Assembly: GCA_014360685.1 (NCBI GenBank) | Contig: JACIXB010000016.1 | Span: 124,263 to 188,262, forward strand | DNA: 64,000 bases | Reading direction: 5' to 3' | DNA from: Actinomycetota bacterium | Lineage (GTDB): Bacteria > Actinomycetota > Geothermincolia > Geothermincolales > RBG-13-55-18 | In this document: in pieces, positions 21,295 to 30,535 of the stretch | How positions within the stretch are numbered: position 1 is the stretch's first letter | Layout: each line of letters opens with the position of its first letter | The notes under the pieces: generated by a model | Told to the model about the DNA's origin: nothing | What the model saw: only the letters and a program-made list of their open reading frames with translations | The model's database searches: none | Translations under genes and position numbers: made by a program

Positions 21295-23043
21295 ATGATC
21301 GAGGGAACCATCGTCAAGGTATCCGGGCCGGTGGTCAGCGCCGAGGGCATGTCCGGCGCCAAGATGTACGACATCGCCAAGGTGGGCGAGCTGGGCCTCA
21401 TCGGCGAAATAGTGCGCCTGGACGGGGACACGGCCATCGTGCAGGTCTACGAGGACACCTCCGGCCTGCGGGTGGGCGAGAGGGTGCTGTGTACCGAGGA
21501 GCCCCTTCTCCTGGAGCTGGGTCCCGGCCTGCTCACCTCCATCTACGACGGCATACAGAGGCGGCTCACGGACATCGCCGAGCGCTACGGCGACTTCGTG
21601 GTCCGCGGCGTCTCCACCGACGCCCTGCCCCGCGACCGCCGCTGGGGCTTCCAGCCCCTGGTGGACGTGGGAGACGAGGTCGTGGAGGGCGACGTGGTGG
21701 GCGAGGTCCAGGAGACCGCTCACATCGTCCACCGCATCATGGTGCCTCCGGGGATCGCCGGCCGCGTGGCGGAGGTCAAGGAGGGGGAGTTCGCCGTGGA
21801 CGAGACGGTGGTCTTCCTGGAGGACGGGACGGAGATAAAGCTGTACCAGACCTGGCCGGCCCGCGTACCGAGGCCGGTGAAGAGGAAGGAGAAGCCCACC
21901 GTCCCCTTCATCACCGGAACGCGCATCCTGGACACTTTCTTCCCCATCGCCCAGGGCGGTTACAGCATCATCCCCGGGGGGTTCGGGACCGGCAAGACGG
22001 TTACCGAGACCACCCTGGCCAAGTGGGCGGACGCGGACATCGTCATCTACATCGGCTGCGGGGAACGGGGCAACGAGATAACCGAGGTGCTCGCCGAGTT
22101 TCCCAACCTCATCGACCCCAAGACGGGGGTCCCCCTGATGCAGCGCACCATCCTGGTGGCCAACACATCCAACATGCCCGTGGCGGCGCGCGAGGCTTCC
22201 ATCTACACCGGCATCACCCTGGCCGAATACTACCGGGACATGGGCTACAACGTGGCTCTCATGGCCGACTCCACCTCCCGCTGGGGGGAAGCCCTGCGTG
22301 AGGTCTCCGGGCGCCTGGAGGAGATGCCCGGCGAGGAGGGGTACCCTGCCTACCTGGCCACCCGCCTGGCGGACTTCTACGAGCGCTGCGGCCGGGCGGT
22401 GTGCCTGGGAAGCGACGACCGGATGGGTTCCATCACCGCCATCGGGGCGGTATCCCCTCCGGGAGGGGACTTCTCCGAGCCCATGACCCAGAACTCGTTG
22501 CGCATCACCGGCGCTTTTTGGGCCCTGGACACCTCCCTGGCCTATCGGCGACACTTCCCGGCCATCAGCTGGACCAAGAGCTACACCCTGTACCTGGAAC
22601 AGATCCAAGACTGGTACTCCAAGAACGTGGCCGAGGACTGGAGGGCCCTGCGGGACAAGGCCATGAGCCTGCTGCAGAAGGAGGTGGAGCTGCAGGAGAT
22701 CGTGCAGTTGGTGGGCCCGGACGCCCTGCCCGATTTCGCCAAGGCGGTCCTGGAGACCACCCGTATGCTGCGCGAGGACTTCCTGCAGCAGTTCGCCTTC
22801 TCCGACGTGGACGCCTACTGCTCGCTACGCAAACAGTACCTGATGCTCAAGGTCATCCTGACCTACTACGACTGCCTGGAGGAGGTGCTGGTGCAAGGGG
22901 TGCCGCTGCGCCAGGCCACGGAGCATCCCATAAAGAACGAGATAGCGCGCATGAAGGAGATCCCCTCCGAGGAAGCGGAGGAGAAACTCAATGATCTCCT
23001 GGAGAGGGTTCAGCGGGAGCTGCGCTCCCTGGGCGAGTGGTAA
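21295..23043 (+). CDS. ntpA: V/A-type ATPase catalytic subunit A
   Basis: 582 aa. Walker [11 protein letters not shown], the non-homologous insert region, and ...GERGNE...[26 protein letters not shown]... No intein. Confidence 0.97.
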   Translation: MIEGTIVKVSGPVVSAEGMSGAKMYDIAKVGELGLIGEIVRLDGDTAIVQVYEDTSGLRVGERVLCTEEPLLLELGPGLLTSIYDGIQRRLTDIAERYGDFVVRGVSTDALPRDRRWGFQPLVDVGDEVVEGDVVGEVQETAHIVHRIMVPPGIAGRVAEVKEGEFAVDETVVFLEDGTEIKLYQTWPARVPRPVKRKEKPTVPFITGTRILDTFFPIAQGGYSIIPGGFGTGKTVTETTLAKWADADIVIYIGCGERGNEITEVLAEFPNLIDPKTGVPLMQRTILVANTSNMPVAAREASIYTGITLAEYYRDMGYNVALMADSTSRWGEALREVSGRLEEMPGEEGYPAYLATRLADFYERCGRAVCLGSDDRMGSITAIGAVSPPGGDFSEPMTQNSLRITGAFWALDTSLAYRRHFPAISWTKSYTLYLEQIQDWYSKNVAEDWRALRDKAMSLLQKEVELQEIVQLVGPDALPDFAKAVLETTRMLREDFLQQFAFSDVDAYCSLRKQYLMLKVILTYYDCLEEVLVQGVPLRQATEHPIKNEIARMKEIPSEEAEEKLNDLLERVQRELRSLGEW

Positions 23044-23110
23044 GGGTGGGATCCGGCTCCCGGTGTCCCCATGGCAGTACATGGAAAATAAAGGAAACGG
23101 GTGATAGGGA

Positions 23111-24532
23111 ATGGCAGATGGTAGGACTTTCCTGGCGACCACCGAGTACCGCACGGTGGGAGAGGTGGCCGGACCCCTGCTCTTCGTGAGCAAGGTGAAG
23201 GGGGCCGCCTACAACGAGATGGTGGAGATCCATTCCGCCGACGGGTCGGTGAAGTACGGGCAGGTCATCGAGCTCCACGGCGAGTTGGCCGTGGTCCAGG
23301 TGTTCGGCCCCACCGCGGGCCTGGACGTGGAGCGGACCAAGGTCCGCTTCAGCGGCGAGGTGGCCAAGATGCCCTGCACGGTGAACCTCCTGGGGCGCAT
23401 CCTCAACGGGATGGGTCGGCCCATCGACGGGGGCCCGGAGGTCTTCCCCGAAGAGGAGAGGGAGGTCACCGGCTCCCCCATCAACCCCTGGAGCCGCGAG
23501 GAGCCCCGCGACTTCATCCAGACCGGCATCTCGGCCATCGACGGGCTGAACACCCTGGTGCGCGGCCAGAAGCTCCCCATCTTCTCGGGAGCCGGTCTCC
23601 CCGGCAACGAGCTGGCGGCGGCCATCGTGCGCAACGCCAAGATCCTGGGGGGCGAGGAATTCGCCATCGTCTTCGCCGCCATGGGCATCACCAGGCGCGA
23701 GGCGGCTTTCTTCCAGGAGAGCTTCGCCCGTTCCGGGGCCCTGGAGCGGGTGGTCTTCTTCCTCAACCTGGCCGATGACCCCACCGTGGAGCGGCTGCTC
23801 ACCCCGCGCTGCGCCCTAACGGTGGCCGAGTTCCTGGCCTTCGAGCACGACATGCAGGTGCTGGTCATCCTCACCGACATGACCAACTACTGCGAGGCCC
23901 TGCGCGAGATCTCCACCGCCCGCGAGGAGGTGCCGGGGCGACGCGGCTATCCCGGGTACATGTACACCGACCTGGCCTCCATCTACGAGAGGGCGGGGAG
24001 GATCAAGGGCAAGCCCGGGTCGGTGACCCAGGTCCCCATCCTGACCATGCCCGACGACGACATCACCCATCCCATCCCGGACCTCACCGGGTACATCACC
24101 GAGGGACAGATCGTCCTCTCCCGCCAGCTGCACCGCAGGGGCATCTTCCCGCCCATCGACGTGCTCCCATGCCTCTCCCGGCTTATGAACCTGGGCATCG
24201 GGGAGGGCAGGACGCGCGGCGATCACCGGGGGTTGGCCGACCAGCTCTACGCCTTCTACGCCGAGGGCGTGGACCTGCGGCGCCTGGTGGCCATCGTGGG
24301 GGAGGAGGCCCTCACGGACATGGATCGGCTGGCCCTCAAGTTCGCCGACGCCTTCGAGCAGAACTACCTGGATCAGAAGGACGAGAACCGGGAGCTGGAG
24401 CAGACCCTGGAGCTGGGTTGGAAATTGGTGAGCATGATGCCCAAGGAGGCCATCAAGCGCATCAAGACGGAATATATAGAGAAGTACTACAACCCGGAGT
24501 ACGCCCGGGAGTTCGCTGCCTCCGAGGGCTGA
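23111..24532 (+). CDS. ntpB: V/A-type ATPase subunit B
   Basis: 473 aa with ...[25 protein letters not shown]...[40 protein letters not shown]... Confidence 0.97.
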   Translation: MADGRTFLATTEYRTVGEVAGPLLFVSKVKGAAYNEMVEIHSADGSVKYGQVIELHGELAVVQVFGPTAGLDVERTKVRFSGEVAKMPCTVNLLGRILNGMGRPIDGGPEVFPEEEREVTGSPINPWSREEPRDFIQTGISAIDGLNTLVRGQKLPIFSGAGLPGNELAAAIVRNAKILGGEEFAIVFAAMGITRREAAFFQESFARSGALERVVFFLNLADDPTVERLLTPRCALTVAEFLAFEHDMQVLVILTDMTNYCEALREISTAREEVPGRRGYPGYMYTDLASIYERAGRIKGKPGSVTQVPILTMPDDDITHPIPDLTGYITEGQIVLSRQLHRRGIFPPIDVLPCLSRLMNLGIGEGRTRGDHRGLADQLYAFYAEGVDLRRLVAIVGEEALTDMDRLALKFADAFEQNYLDQKDENRELEQTLELGWKLVSMMPKEAIKRIKTEYIEKYYNPEYAREFAASEG

Positions 24533-24590
24533 GGCCGCGGGGCGCGGCGGAAGATTCCGGAAAGATGACGGGTTTCCGCAAGGAGTATAG

Positions 24591-25253
24591 GTGGAGCAGG
24601 TACACCCCACGCGGAGCGAGCTTCTGAAGCGCAGGGCCAACCGAGCCCTGGCTGAGCAGGGCATGAACCTGCTCAAGAAGAAACGCGACGCCCTCCTGCA
24701 GGAGTTCATGCCCATCATCGACGAGACCATGCGCCTGTCCCTGCGCCTGGAGAGGGTCACCGCGGACGCCCAGTACGATCTGGCCATGGCCAAGGCCAAG
24801 GAGGGGGGCCCGGCGGTGAGGTCGGCCTCCTTCGCCTCCCAGGGAGAGGTGTTGGTGGACATCACCGGCACCCACGTCATGGGGGTCCCCATCCCCGTGA
24901 TCCGCAAGGGGCAGAGCACCATGCGCAACGCCCTGAAGCGGGGATACGCCGTGACCGGCGTCTCCGGCCGGGTGGACTCCGCGGCGGAGAAGTTCGAGGA
25001 GATCATCGACGTGATTATCGAGAGCGCGGATATCGAGACCCGGCTGCGCCGCCTGGGAGAGGAGTTGCGCAAGACCAACCGCCGGGTGAACGCTCTGGAG
25101 AACATCGTAATCCCCGACTTCGACGAGCAGATAAAGTTCATCGAGATGAGCCTGGAGGAGCGCATGCGGGAGGATATCTTCCGCCTCAAGAAGGTCAAGA
25201 AGGCCCTGGTGCGCAAGGAGGAGGCCCGCCTGGAACGCCTCCGCTCCCGCTGA
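24591..25253 (+). CDS. ntpD: V/A-type ATPase central-stalk subunit D
   Basis: 220 aa with ...PTRSELLKRRANRALAEQGMNLLKKKRDAL... and a C-terminal ...RRVNALENIVIPDF.EQIKFIEMSLEE.ERE. AAGGAG lies 5 nt before the GTG. Confidence 0.9.
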   Translation: MEQVHPTRSELLKRRANRALAEQGMNLLKKKRDALLQEFMPIIDETMRLSLRLERVTADAQYDLAMAKAKEGGPAVRSASFASQGEVLVDITGTHVMGVPIPVIRKGQSTMRNALKRGYAVTGVSGRVDSAAEKFEEIIDVIIESADIETRLRRLGEELRKTNRRVNALENIVIPDFDEQIKFIEMSLEERMREDIFRLKKVKKALVRKEEARLERLRSR

Positions 25254-25436
25254 CCTTACCCATCCCCGCGCACCCGGATTCTCTCCCTCCTTCCAATCAC
25301 CGTGGCACTCCCATTATGTCACCGCTCCTTTTTAAACGTCTTCGCGAGTCCCCCTAAAGGTCATCGCGAGGAGCGGAGCGACGGAGCGATCTCCCCCGTT
25401 AATCCTCGACACCCCACGTCAGGCATGGCTTGGGTA

Positions 25437-25445
25437 TGCTATTAT
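25437..25445 (+). promoter_or_regulatory. candidate extended -10 promoter TGCTATTAT ending 6 nt before the murA ATG (leaderless geometry)
   Basis: TG-C-TATTAT at 25437-25445, then cgctgc, then ATG at 25452. No Shine-Dalgarno between them. Confidence 0.4.
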
Positions 25446-25451
25446 CGCTGC

Positions 25452-26720
25452 ATGAACGGGGAAAAACTGGTCATCACAGGCGGGAACCCCCTGCGGGGGG
25501 AGGTGAGGGTCGGGGGAGCCAAGAACTCGGCGCTCAAACTCATGGCCGCCGGTCTGCTCACCCCCGAGGAATGCGTCATCCACAACGTGCCCCAGATCAC
25601 CGACGTGGAGATCATGGCTGAAGTGTTGCGGCACCTGGGGGTCGAGGTGGCATGGGAGGAGGGCACCATGCGCGTCCGGGCGGGGGATTTCAAGGGACGG
25701 GAGGCCCCCTATCACCTGGTGCGGCGCATGCGGGCCTCCATCGTGGTCCTGGGACCCCTGGTGGCCCGCTTCGGAGAGGCCAAGGTGGCCATCCCCGGCG
25801 GATGCAACATCGGCTCGCGGAAGATAGACATGCACCTGCGCGGGCTGGCGGAGATGGGGGCGGAGATAAGCACGGAGCACGGTTACGTGTACGCCAGGGC
25901 ATCCCGCCTGCGGGGCAGGCATATCGTCCTCGATTTCCCCAGCGTGGGGGCCACGGAGAACCTCATGATGGCCGCCTTGGGCGCCGAGGGGACCACGGTC
26001 ATAGAGAACGCCGCCCGCGAGCCGGAGATCCAGGACCTGGCCGCTTTCCTGGTCTCCATGGGGGCGGAAATACGCGGGGCGGGTACGCCCATCCTGGAAG
26101 TGGAGGGCGGGGCGGAGCTGCACGGCGTGGAGCACACGGTCATCGGGGACCGCATCGAGGCCGGGACCTTCGCTGTGGCCGCGGCGGTCACCGGGGGGGA
26201 CGTTGCCATAACCGGCTTCAGGCCGGAACATCTGGCCCTTCCCCTGGAGAAGATGCGGGCCGTGGGGGTGGAGGTGGAGGAGGACGAGGAAGGCGAGGCC
26301 GTCCGCGTCAGGGGTGGTAGGAAATACAGGGGGGTGGACGTGGCCACCCTCCCTTTTCCCGGCTTCCCCACCGACATGCAACCCCAGATCATGGTCCTCC
26401 TGAGCCTGGCCGAGGGGACCTCCGTGGTCACCGAGAACGTCTTCGAGAGCCGCTTCATGTTCGTGGACGAGCTCAACCGCATGGGGTGCGACATCACCAT
26501 CGAGGGCCACCACGCCATCGTGCGGGGGGGGAGGAGGTTGAGCGGGACCGAGGTCTGCGCCACCGACCTGCGGGCCGGGGCGGCACTGGTCCTGGCCGGG
26601 CTGGCCGCGGAGGGGGAGACCCAGGTCCTGGACATCCACCACATCGACCGCGGGTACCAGAAGTTGGAGGAAAAACTTTCCAAACTGGGAGCGGAGATCA
26701 GGAGGGTCGGGGATGACTGA
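25452..26720 (+). CDS. murA: UDP-N-acetylglucosamine 1-carboxyvinyltransferase
   Basis: MNGEKLVITGGNPLRGEVRVGGAKNSALKLMAA... and the active-site loop PGGCNIGSRKIDMH (Cys retained). The ORF-track start at 25302 adds 50 non-homologous residues. Confidence 0.95.
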   Translation: MNGEKLVITGGNPLRGEVRVGGAKNSALKLMAAGLLTPEECVIHNVPQITDVEIMAEVLRHLGVEVAWEEGTMRVRAGDFKGREAPYHLVRRMRASIVVLGPLVARFGEAKVAIPGGCNIGSRKIDMHLRGLAEMGAEISTEHGYVYARASRLRGRHIVLDFPSVGATENLMMAALGAEGTTVIENAAREPEIQDLAAFLVSMGAEIRGAGTPILEVEGGAELHGVEHTVIGDRIEAGTFAVAAAVTGGDVAITGFRPEHLALPLEKMRAVGVEVEEDEEGEAVRVRGGRKYRGVDVATLPFPGFPTDMQPQIMVLLSLAEGTSVVTENVFESRFMFVDELNRMGCDITIEGHHAIVRGGRRLSGTEVCATDLRAGAALVLAGLAAEGETQVLDIHHIDRGYQKLEEKLSKLGAEIRRVGDD

Positions 26721-27249
26721 TCTTCCGGAGGTCCCGCGATACCGGATTCCGGGACACGCGTTTTTCCGAGATGGACGATGCCGTCGTGGTTTCTCGACGA
26801 GGCGGCGCCTGGTTTGGGGTCGGCTCCTTCCGCTTTCACCTCGGGGATGGGGGGGAAATGAAGTAAGGGTGGAGTCGATCCGCCGGCCTTCCCCCATGAG
26901 GCATCAAGGGGAGGTTGTTTCAAGGTTTCCCGCGATGTAAAAAGGGACCCGGATCGAGGGTGGCGCATCTCCCGAGGCACGGGACGTAACACGCCGCGGT
27001 GAACCGTTGCCGGGGGAGGATGTGCTCGTTTCCCTTTTCCATCGCATACCGGCCGGGTTGATGATCCGGCCGGGCGGCAGGTAAGGGGGGTTCCTTCGAG
27101 TATCGATCGACATCCTCGACCTGACCGACGGAGCGAAAACGCTCTTCCTCCGATAAAAGGAAGGGATCCCCCCGGAGATGGGTCACGTTCAGACGGCGTG
27201 AAGATAAAAGTTTCCCCACCCCGCAGCCGATAGAATTTTAAACCGTCAT

Positions 27250-27263
27250 GGATGACGGATGAC
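27250..27263 (+). promoter_or_regulatory. tandem direct heptamer GGATGAC-GGATGAC upstream of the subtilase start
   Basis: Read directly at 27250-27256 and 27257-27263. It overlaps a 7-bp inverted repeat, CCGTCAT-gg-ATGACGG. Confidence 0.3.
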
Positions 27264-27362
27264 GTCCCGGGACGGGCCGCGGCGCGGCGTGAAATCCCCG
27301 GCGCGGGTGAGGGCCGGGAGGAAGGAGGACCGGAAGGCGTGAAGTCACGGGGAGATGCAGGC

Positions 27363-29897
27363 ATGGGAACCGCGAGGGCGATGACAGTGGCGCTGGCCGC
27401 CTTTTTCCTGGTCGCCGTCATCCTCCTGCCCGCCGGGGGGTCATGGGGGGCCGCTCGCGGGATCCACCTTCCGGCCGGGAAAGAGGAAAGCCCACTCGCG
27501 GCGAAGGCGGCCCTCCTCGAGAACCTGGACCCCGTGCATTATCCGACCGGCTCCTACATTCCCGGGGAGGTGGTTGTTGAGCTTGCCCAGCCCACCCTCT
27601 CCAGCGCCTCCCGCCTCCTGGTGGCCTTCGCGGCGCTTCTGGGGGAGGACCCCGCGGAGGTGCTGGGACGACTGGCCGCCCAACCCGTGCGCCGGGCCCT
27701 GCGCCTGCGCCTGCGGCCCGGGGTGGGGGAGCTGGAGGCCTGCCGGAAGCTCCTCGCCTCTTCGCTGGTGAGGATCGCGGAGCCCAACCTGGTCTTTCGG
27801 GCCGCGGTCACCGTCCCCGACGACCCCAGGTATCCCCAGCAGTGGAACCTGTGGGACACCTACGGCATCAACGCCGACGCGGCCTGGGACCTGCAGAGGG
27901 GCTCCTCCTCCCTCGCCCTGGCGGTGATCGACACGGGCATCGACTTCTCCCACCCCGACCTGGCGGGCCGCATCCTCTCAAGCGGGTACGACTTCGTGAA
28001 CGGCGACCCCAACCCCGCCGACGACGACGGGCACGGGACCATGATCGCCGGCATCGCCTGCGCCAACTCCGACAACCTCCGGGGGGTGGCGGGCATCGAC
28101 TGGCACGCCGGGATCATGCCCGTAAAAGCGTTGGACAGCAACGGAAAAGGCAGCCTGGACGCGGTGGTCAACTCCATATACCACGCCGCCGACCACGCCG
28201 CCGCAGTGATCAACATGAGCTTCACCTCCACCACCTTCTCCGAGATGCTCCAGGATGCCGTGGAATACGCCCACTCCCGGGGTTGCGTGATGGTCGCCGC
28301 CGCGGGAAACGAGGGGACCACGCAGGTTAACTATCCCGCGGGCCTCACTTACGTCATAGGGGTGGGTTCCATCGGTCCGGACGGGGACCGCTCCTATTTC
28401 TCCAACCACAACACCAGCGTGGACCTGGCCGCCCCGGGAGAGGGCATCTGGAGCACCCGGTTGGGAGGCGGTTACGGCGCGGGCAACGGGACCTCCGAGG
28501 CCGCCCCCCACGTCTCCGCCGCCGCCCTCCTGGTGCGGGCGGAATATCCCGGTTCCACCTCCGAGGAGGTGTGGCGGCGCCTGCGGGACGGGGCCCGGGA
28601 TCTGGGCTCCCCCGGCTACGACGAGGAGTACGGCTGGGGGCTCCTGGACCTCCACTCCTCCCTGCGGGTTCCCCTGGTATCCATCACCTCGCCGGACGAT
28701 TATTCCTATCCCGCCTCGGGGAAGGTCTCCGCCACCGCCTCCTCCGCCAACATCGGGATCAAGTACCTGGAGCTGTGGGTGGACGGGGAACTGGAGGAGA
28801 CCCACACCTTGGCCGTCCCCTCCTCGTCGGTGTCGCATACCTTCGCTTCCTGGGATCTCTCCGACCTGGAGGAGGGGACCCACGAGGTCGCCGTAAAGGC
28901 CATCGATGGTGGCGGGACGGTGAGCGGCGAGATGGCGATCACCGTGTTCCGCAACACCACCCAGCCCCGACCCTCCACCGACTGGTACCTGGCCGAGGGG
29001 TGCACGGCCTTCGGCTTCGAGGAGTACGTCCTGGTGCAGAATCCCAATCCCTCCCCGGTGGAGGTGGAGGTCACCTTCATGCGCTCCGACGGCCCCCTGC
29101 CCCCTCAAACCTTCCCCATGGCCGCCTACTCCCGCCTCACGGTGAACGTCAACGCCCTGGTCCCGGAGGGCGACGTCTCCACCCACGTGCACGCCGACCA
29201 GCCGGTGGTGGCCGAGAGGGCCATGTACTGGAACGGTCGTGACGGCGGGCATGGTGCCATGGGAGTCCCGGCCCCCTCCATCTCCTGGTACCTGGCCGAG
29301 GGGTGCACGGCCTTCGACTTCGAGGAATACGTGCTCATCCAGAATCCCAACCCGGATGCCGCGGTGGTGATCCTCGACTTCAGGCTGCAGAACGGTACCG
29401 GGGCACGAAGGACCATCTCCGTAGGGCCCGGCTCGAGGAGCACGGTCAACGTCGCCGACGTGGTTCCCGGGAACGACGTCTCCGTTTTGGTGACCAGCGA
29501 CATGCCGGTGGTAGCGGAACGGGCCATGTACTGGCCCGCGGGGACGCATGCCCGGGCGGGCGGACACGCCGGCGCCGGTTCCCTCACCGCCGCCGGGACC
29601 TGGTACCTGGCCGAGGGATCCACGGACCACGGTTTTGAGGAGTTCGTGCTCCTGTACAACGCTTCCGGGGATCTTGCCCACGCCCTTCTGACCTTCATGC
29701 GCCCCGACGGGACCACCCATGACTACCCGGTCACAGTGCCCGCGGGAGCCCGCTTTACGGTGTCCGTCAACGAGGCGGATCCCGACCGGGACGTTTCCGT
29801 GCGAGTGACCTCCGACCGCCCCCTGGTGGTGGAAAGGGCCATGTACTGGTCGGGAAGGGAGGGCGGTACGGCGGCCGTAGGGGTCCTCCAACCCTGA
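27363..29897 (+). CDS. secreted S8 subtilisin-family serine protease with an Ig-like domain and three C-terminal ~100-aa repeat domains
   Basis: A signal-like N-terminus from ATG 27363 (MGTARAMTVALAAFFLVAVILLPAGG). Catalytic Asp (VIDTGID), His (DDDGHGTMIAG) and Ser (GTSEAAPHVSAAA). The ORF-track start at 27252 is upstream. Confidence 0.9.
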   Translation: MGTARAMTVALAAFFLVAVILLPAGGSWGAARGIHLPAGKEESPLAAKAALLENLDPVHYPTGSYIPGEVVVELAQPTLSSASRLLVAFAALLGEDPAEVLGRLAAQPVRRALRLRLRPGVGELEACRKLLASSLVRIAEPNLVFRAAVTVPDDPRYPQQWNLWDTYGINADAAWDLQRGSSSLALAVIDTGIDFSHPDLAGRILSSGYDFVNGDPNPADDDGHGTMIAGIACANSDNLRGVAGIDWHAGIMPVKALDSNGKGSLDAVVNSIYHAADHAAAVINMSFTSTTFSEMLQDAVEYAHSRGCVMVAAAGNEGTTQVNYPAGLTYVIGVGSIGPDGDRSYFSNHNTSVDLAAPGEGIWSTRLGGGYGAGNGTSEAAPHVSAAALLVRAEYPGSTSEEVWRRLRDGARDLGSPGYDEEYGWGLLDLHSSLRVPLVSITSPDDYSYPASGKVSATASSANIGIKYLELWVDGELEETHTLAVPSSSVSHTFASWDLSDLEEGTHEVAVKAIDGGGTVSGEMAITVFRNTTQPRPSTDWYLAEGCTAFGFEEYVLVQNPNPSPVEVEVTFMRSDGPLPPQTFPMAAYSRLTVNVNALVPEGDVSTHVHADQPVVAERAMYWNGRDGGHGAMGVPAPSISWYLAEGCTAFDFEEYVLIQNPNPDAAVVILDFRLQNGTGARRTISVGPGSRSTVNVADVVPGNDVSVLVTSDMPVVAERAMYWPAGTHARAGGHAGAGSLTAAGTWYLAEGSTDHGFEEFVLLYNASGDLAHALLTFMRPDGTTHDYPVTVPAGARFTVSVNEADPDRDVSVRVTSDRPLVVERAMYWSGREGGTAAVGVLQP
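28983..29894 (+). repeat. three tandem copies of a ~100-aa domain (WYLAEG...QNPNP...VVAERAMYW)
   Basis: Copies start at the in-frame TGG codons 28983, 29286 and 29601. The same domain recurs in the SpoIID-like protein at 44915-46198. Confidence 0.85.
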
Positions 29898-30240
29898 GGC
29901 CTGGAGGAAGGAGAGAGCGGCTCGCTTTCCCGAAACTTGCCGGAGCGGGGGCGCTTCCATCCTCCGATCCGGGGCACGCGAGGCGCGAGAGGCAACCATC
30001 GTGCCCATGGATCGGTGATCGCCTCCCTGCAGACCGCCTCCCTGGACTCTCTACTTATTTTTGGGAAGCGGAAAAGGGATACTTCGCGGGAAAGAGAATC
30101 TTTTGGTGGTTTTAGCCGAAGGCGGCAAGGGAGGGATCCCCTGCCGGAAGGAGGGGAAAAAGAAGAAAGACCGGTCTTTGCAGCGGTTTGATGGTAGGGG
30201 GAACGGGGAAAAGGAAATAAACGGCGACCCTTACCGGCCC

Positions 30241-30260
30241 GGATGTTACGGGGATGTTAC
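30241..30260 (+). promoter_or_regulatory. tandem direct repeat GGATGTTAC-gg-GGATGTTAC (11-bp period) upstream of the repeat-protein operon promoter
   Basis: Exact 9-mers at 30241-30249 and 30252-30260, about 30 bp upstream of the candidate -35. Confidence 0.4.
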
Positions 30261-30289
30261 CGGTTTGTAAAAAGGATGCAAAAAAGGTC

Positions 30290-30318
30290 TTTTCAGGGGA
30301 CCAAGGTCTTCATATAAT
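30290..30318 (+). promoter_or_regulatory. candidate promoter TTTTCA-17 nt-TATAAT in an AT-rich island
   Basis: -10 TATAAT at 30313-30318. A second overlapping candidate is TTCATA-17-TATACT (30309-30337). About 200 nt upstream of ATG 30536. Confidence 0.45.
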
Positions 30319-30535
30319 TTTGATGATCTTATATACTATCGCCGAGGGTCGTAGATCGGGCAGTACGCGTGGGCTGTCGGGCGACAAAAGGTTTTCCCTC
30401 ATCATAAATTGGCAGGATTTGGCGTGACTGGCGGGGCCGGCGGAGCATCGTTTCGGCGGATCAGGGTGATTAGGGAGAGACGGTCGGGAGCGGGTAAGGG
30501 AGAGGGCTAGGCTGAAGGCGGGAAGCGAGGCCGGG

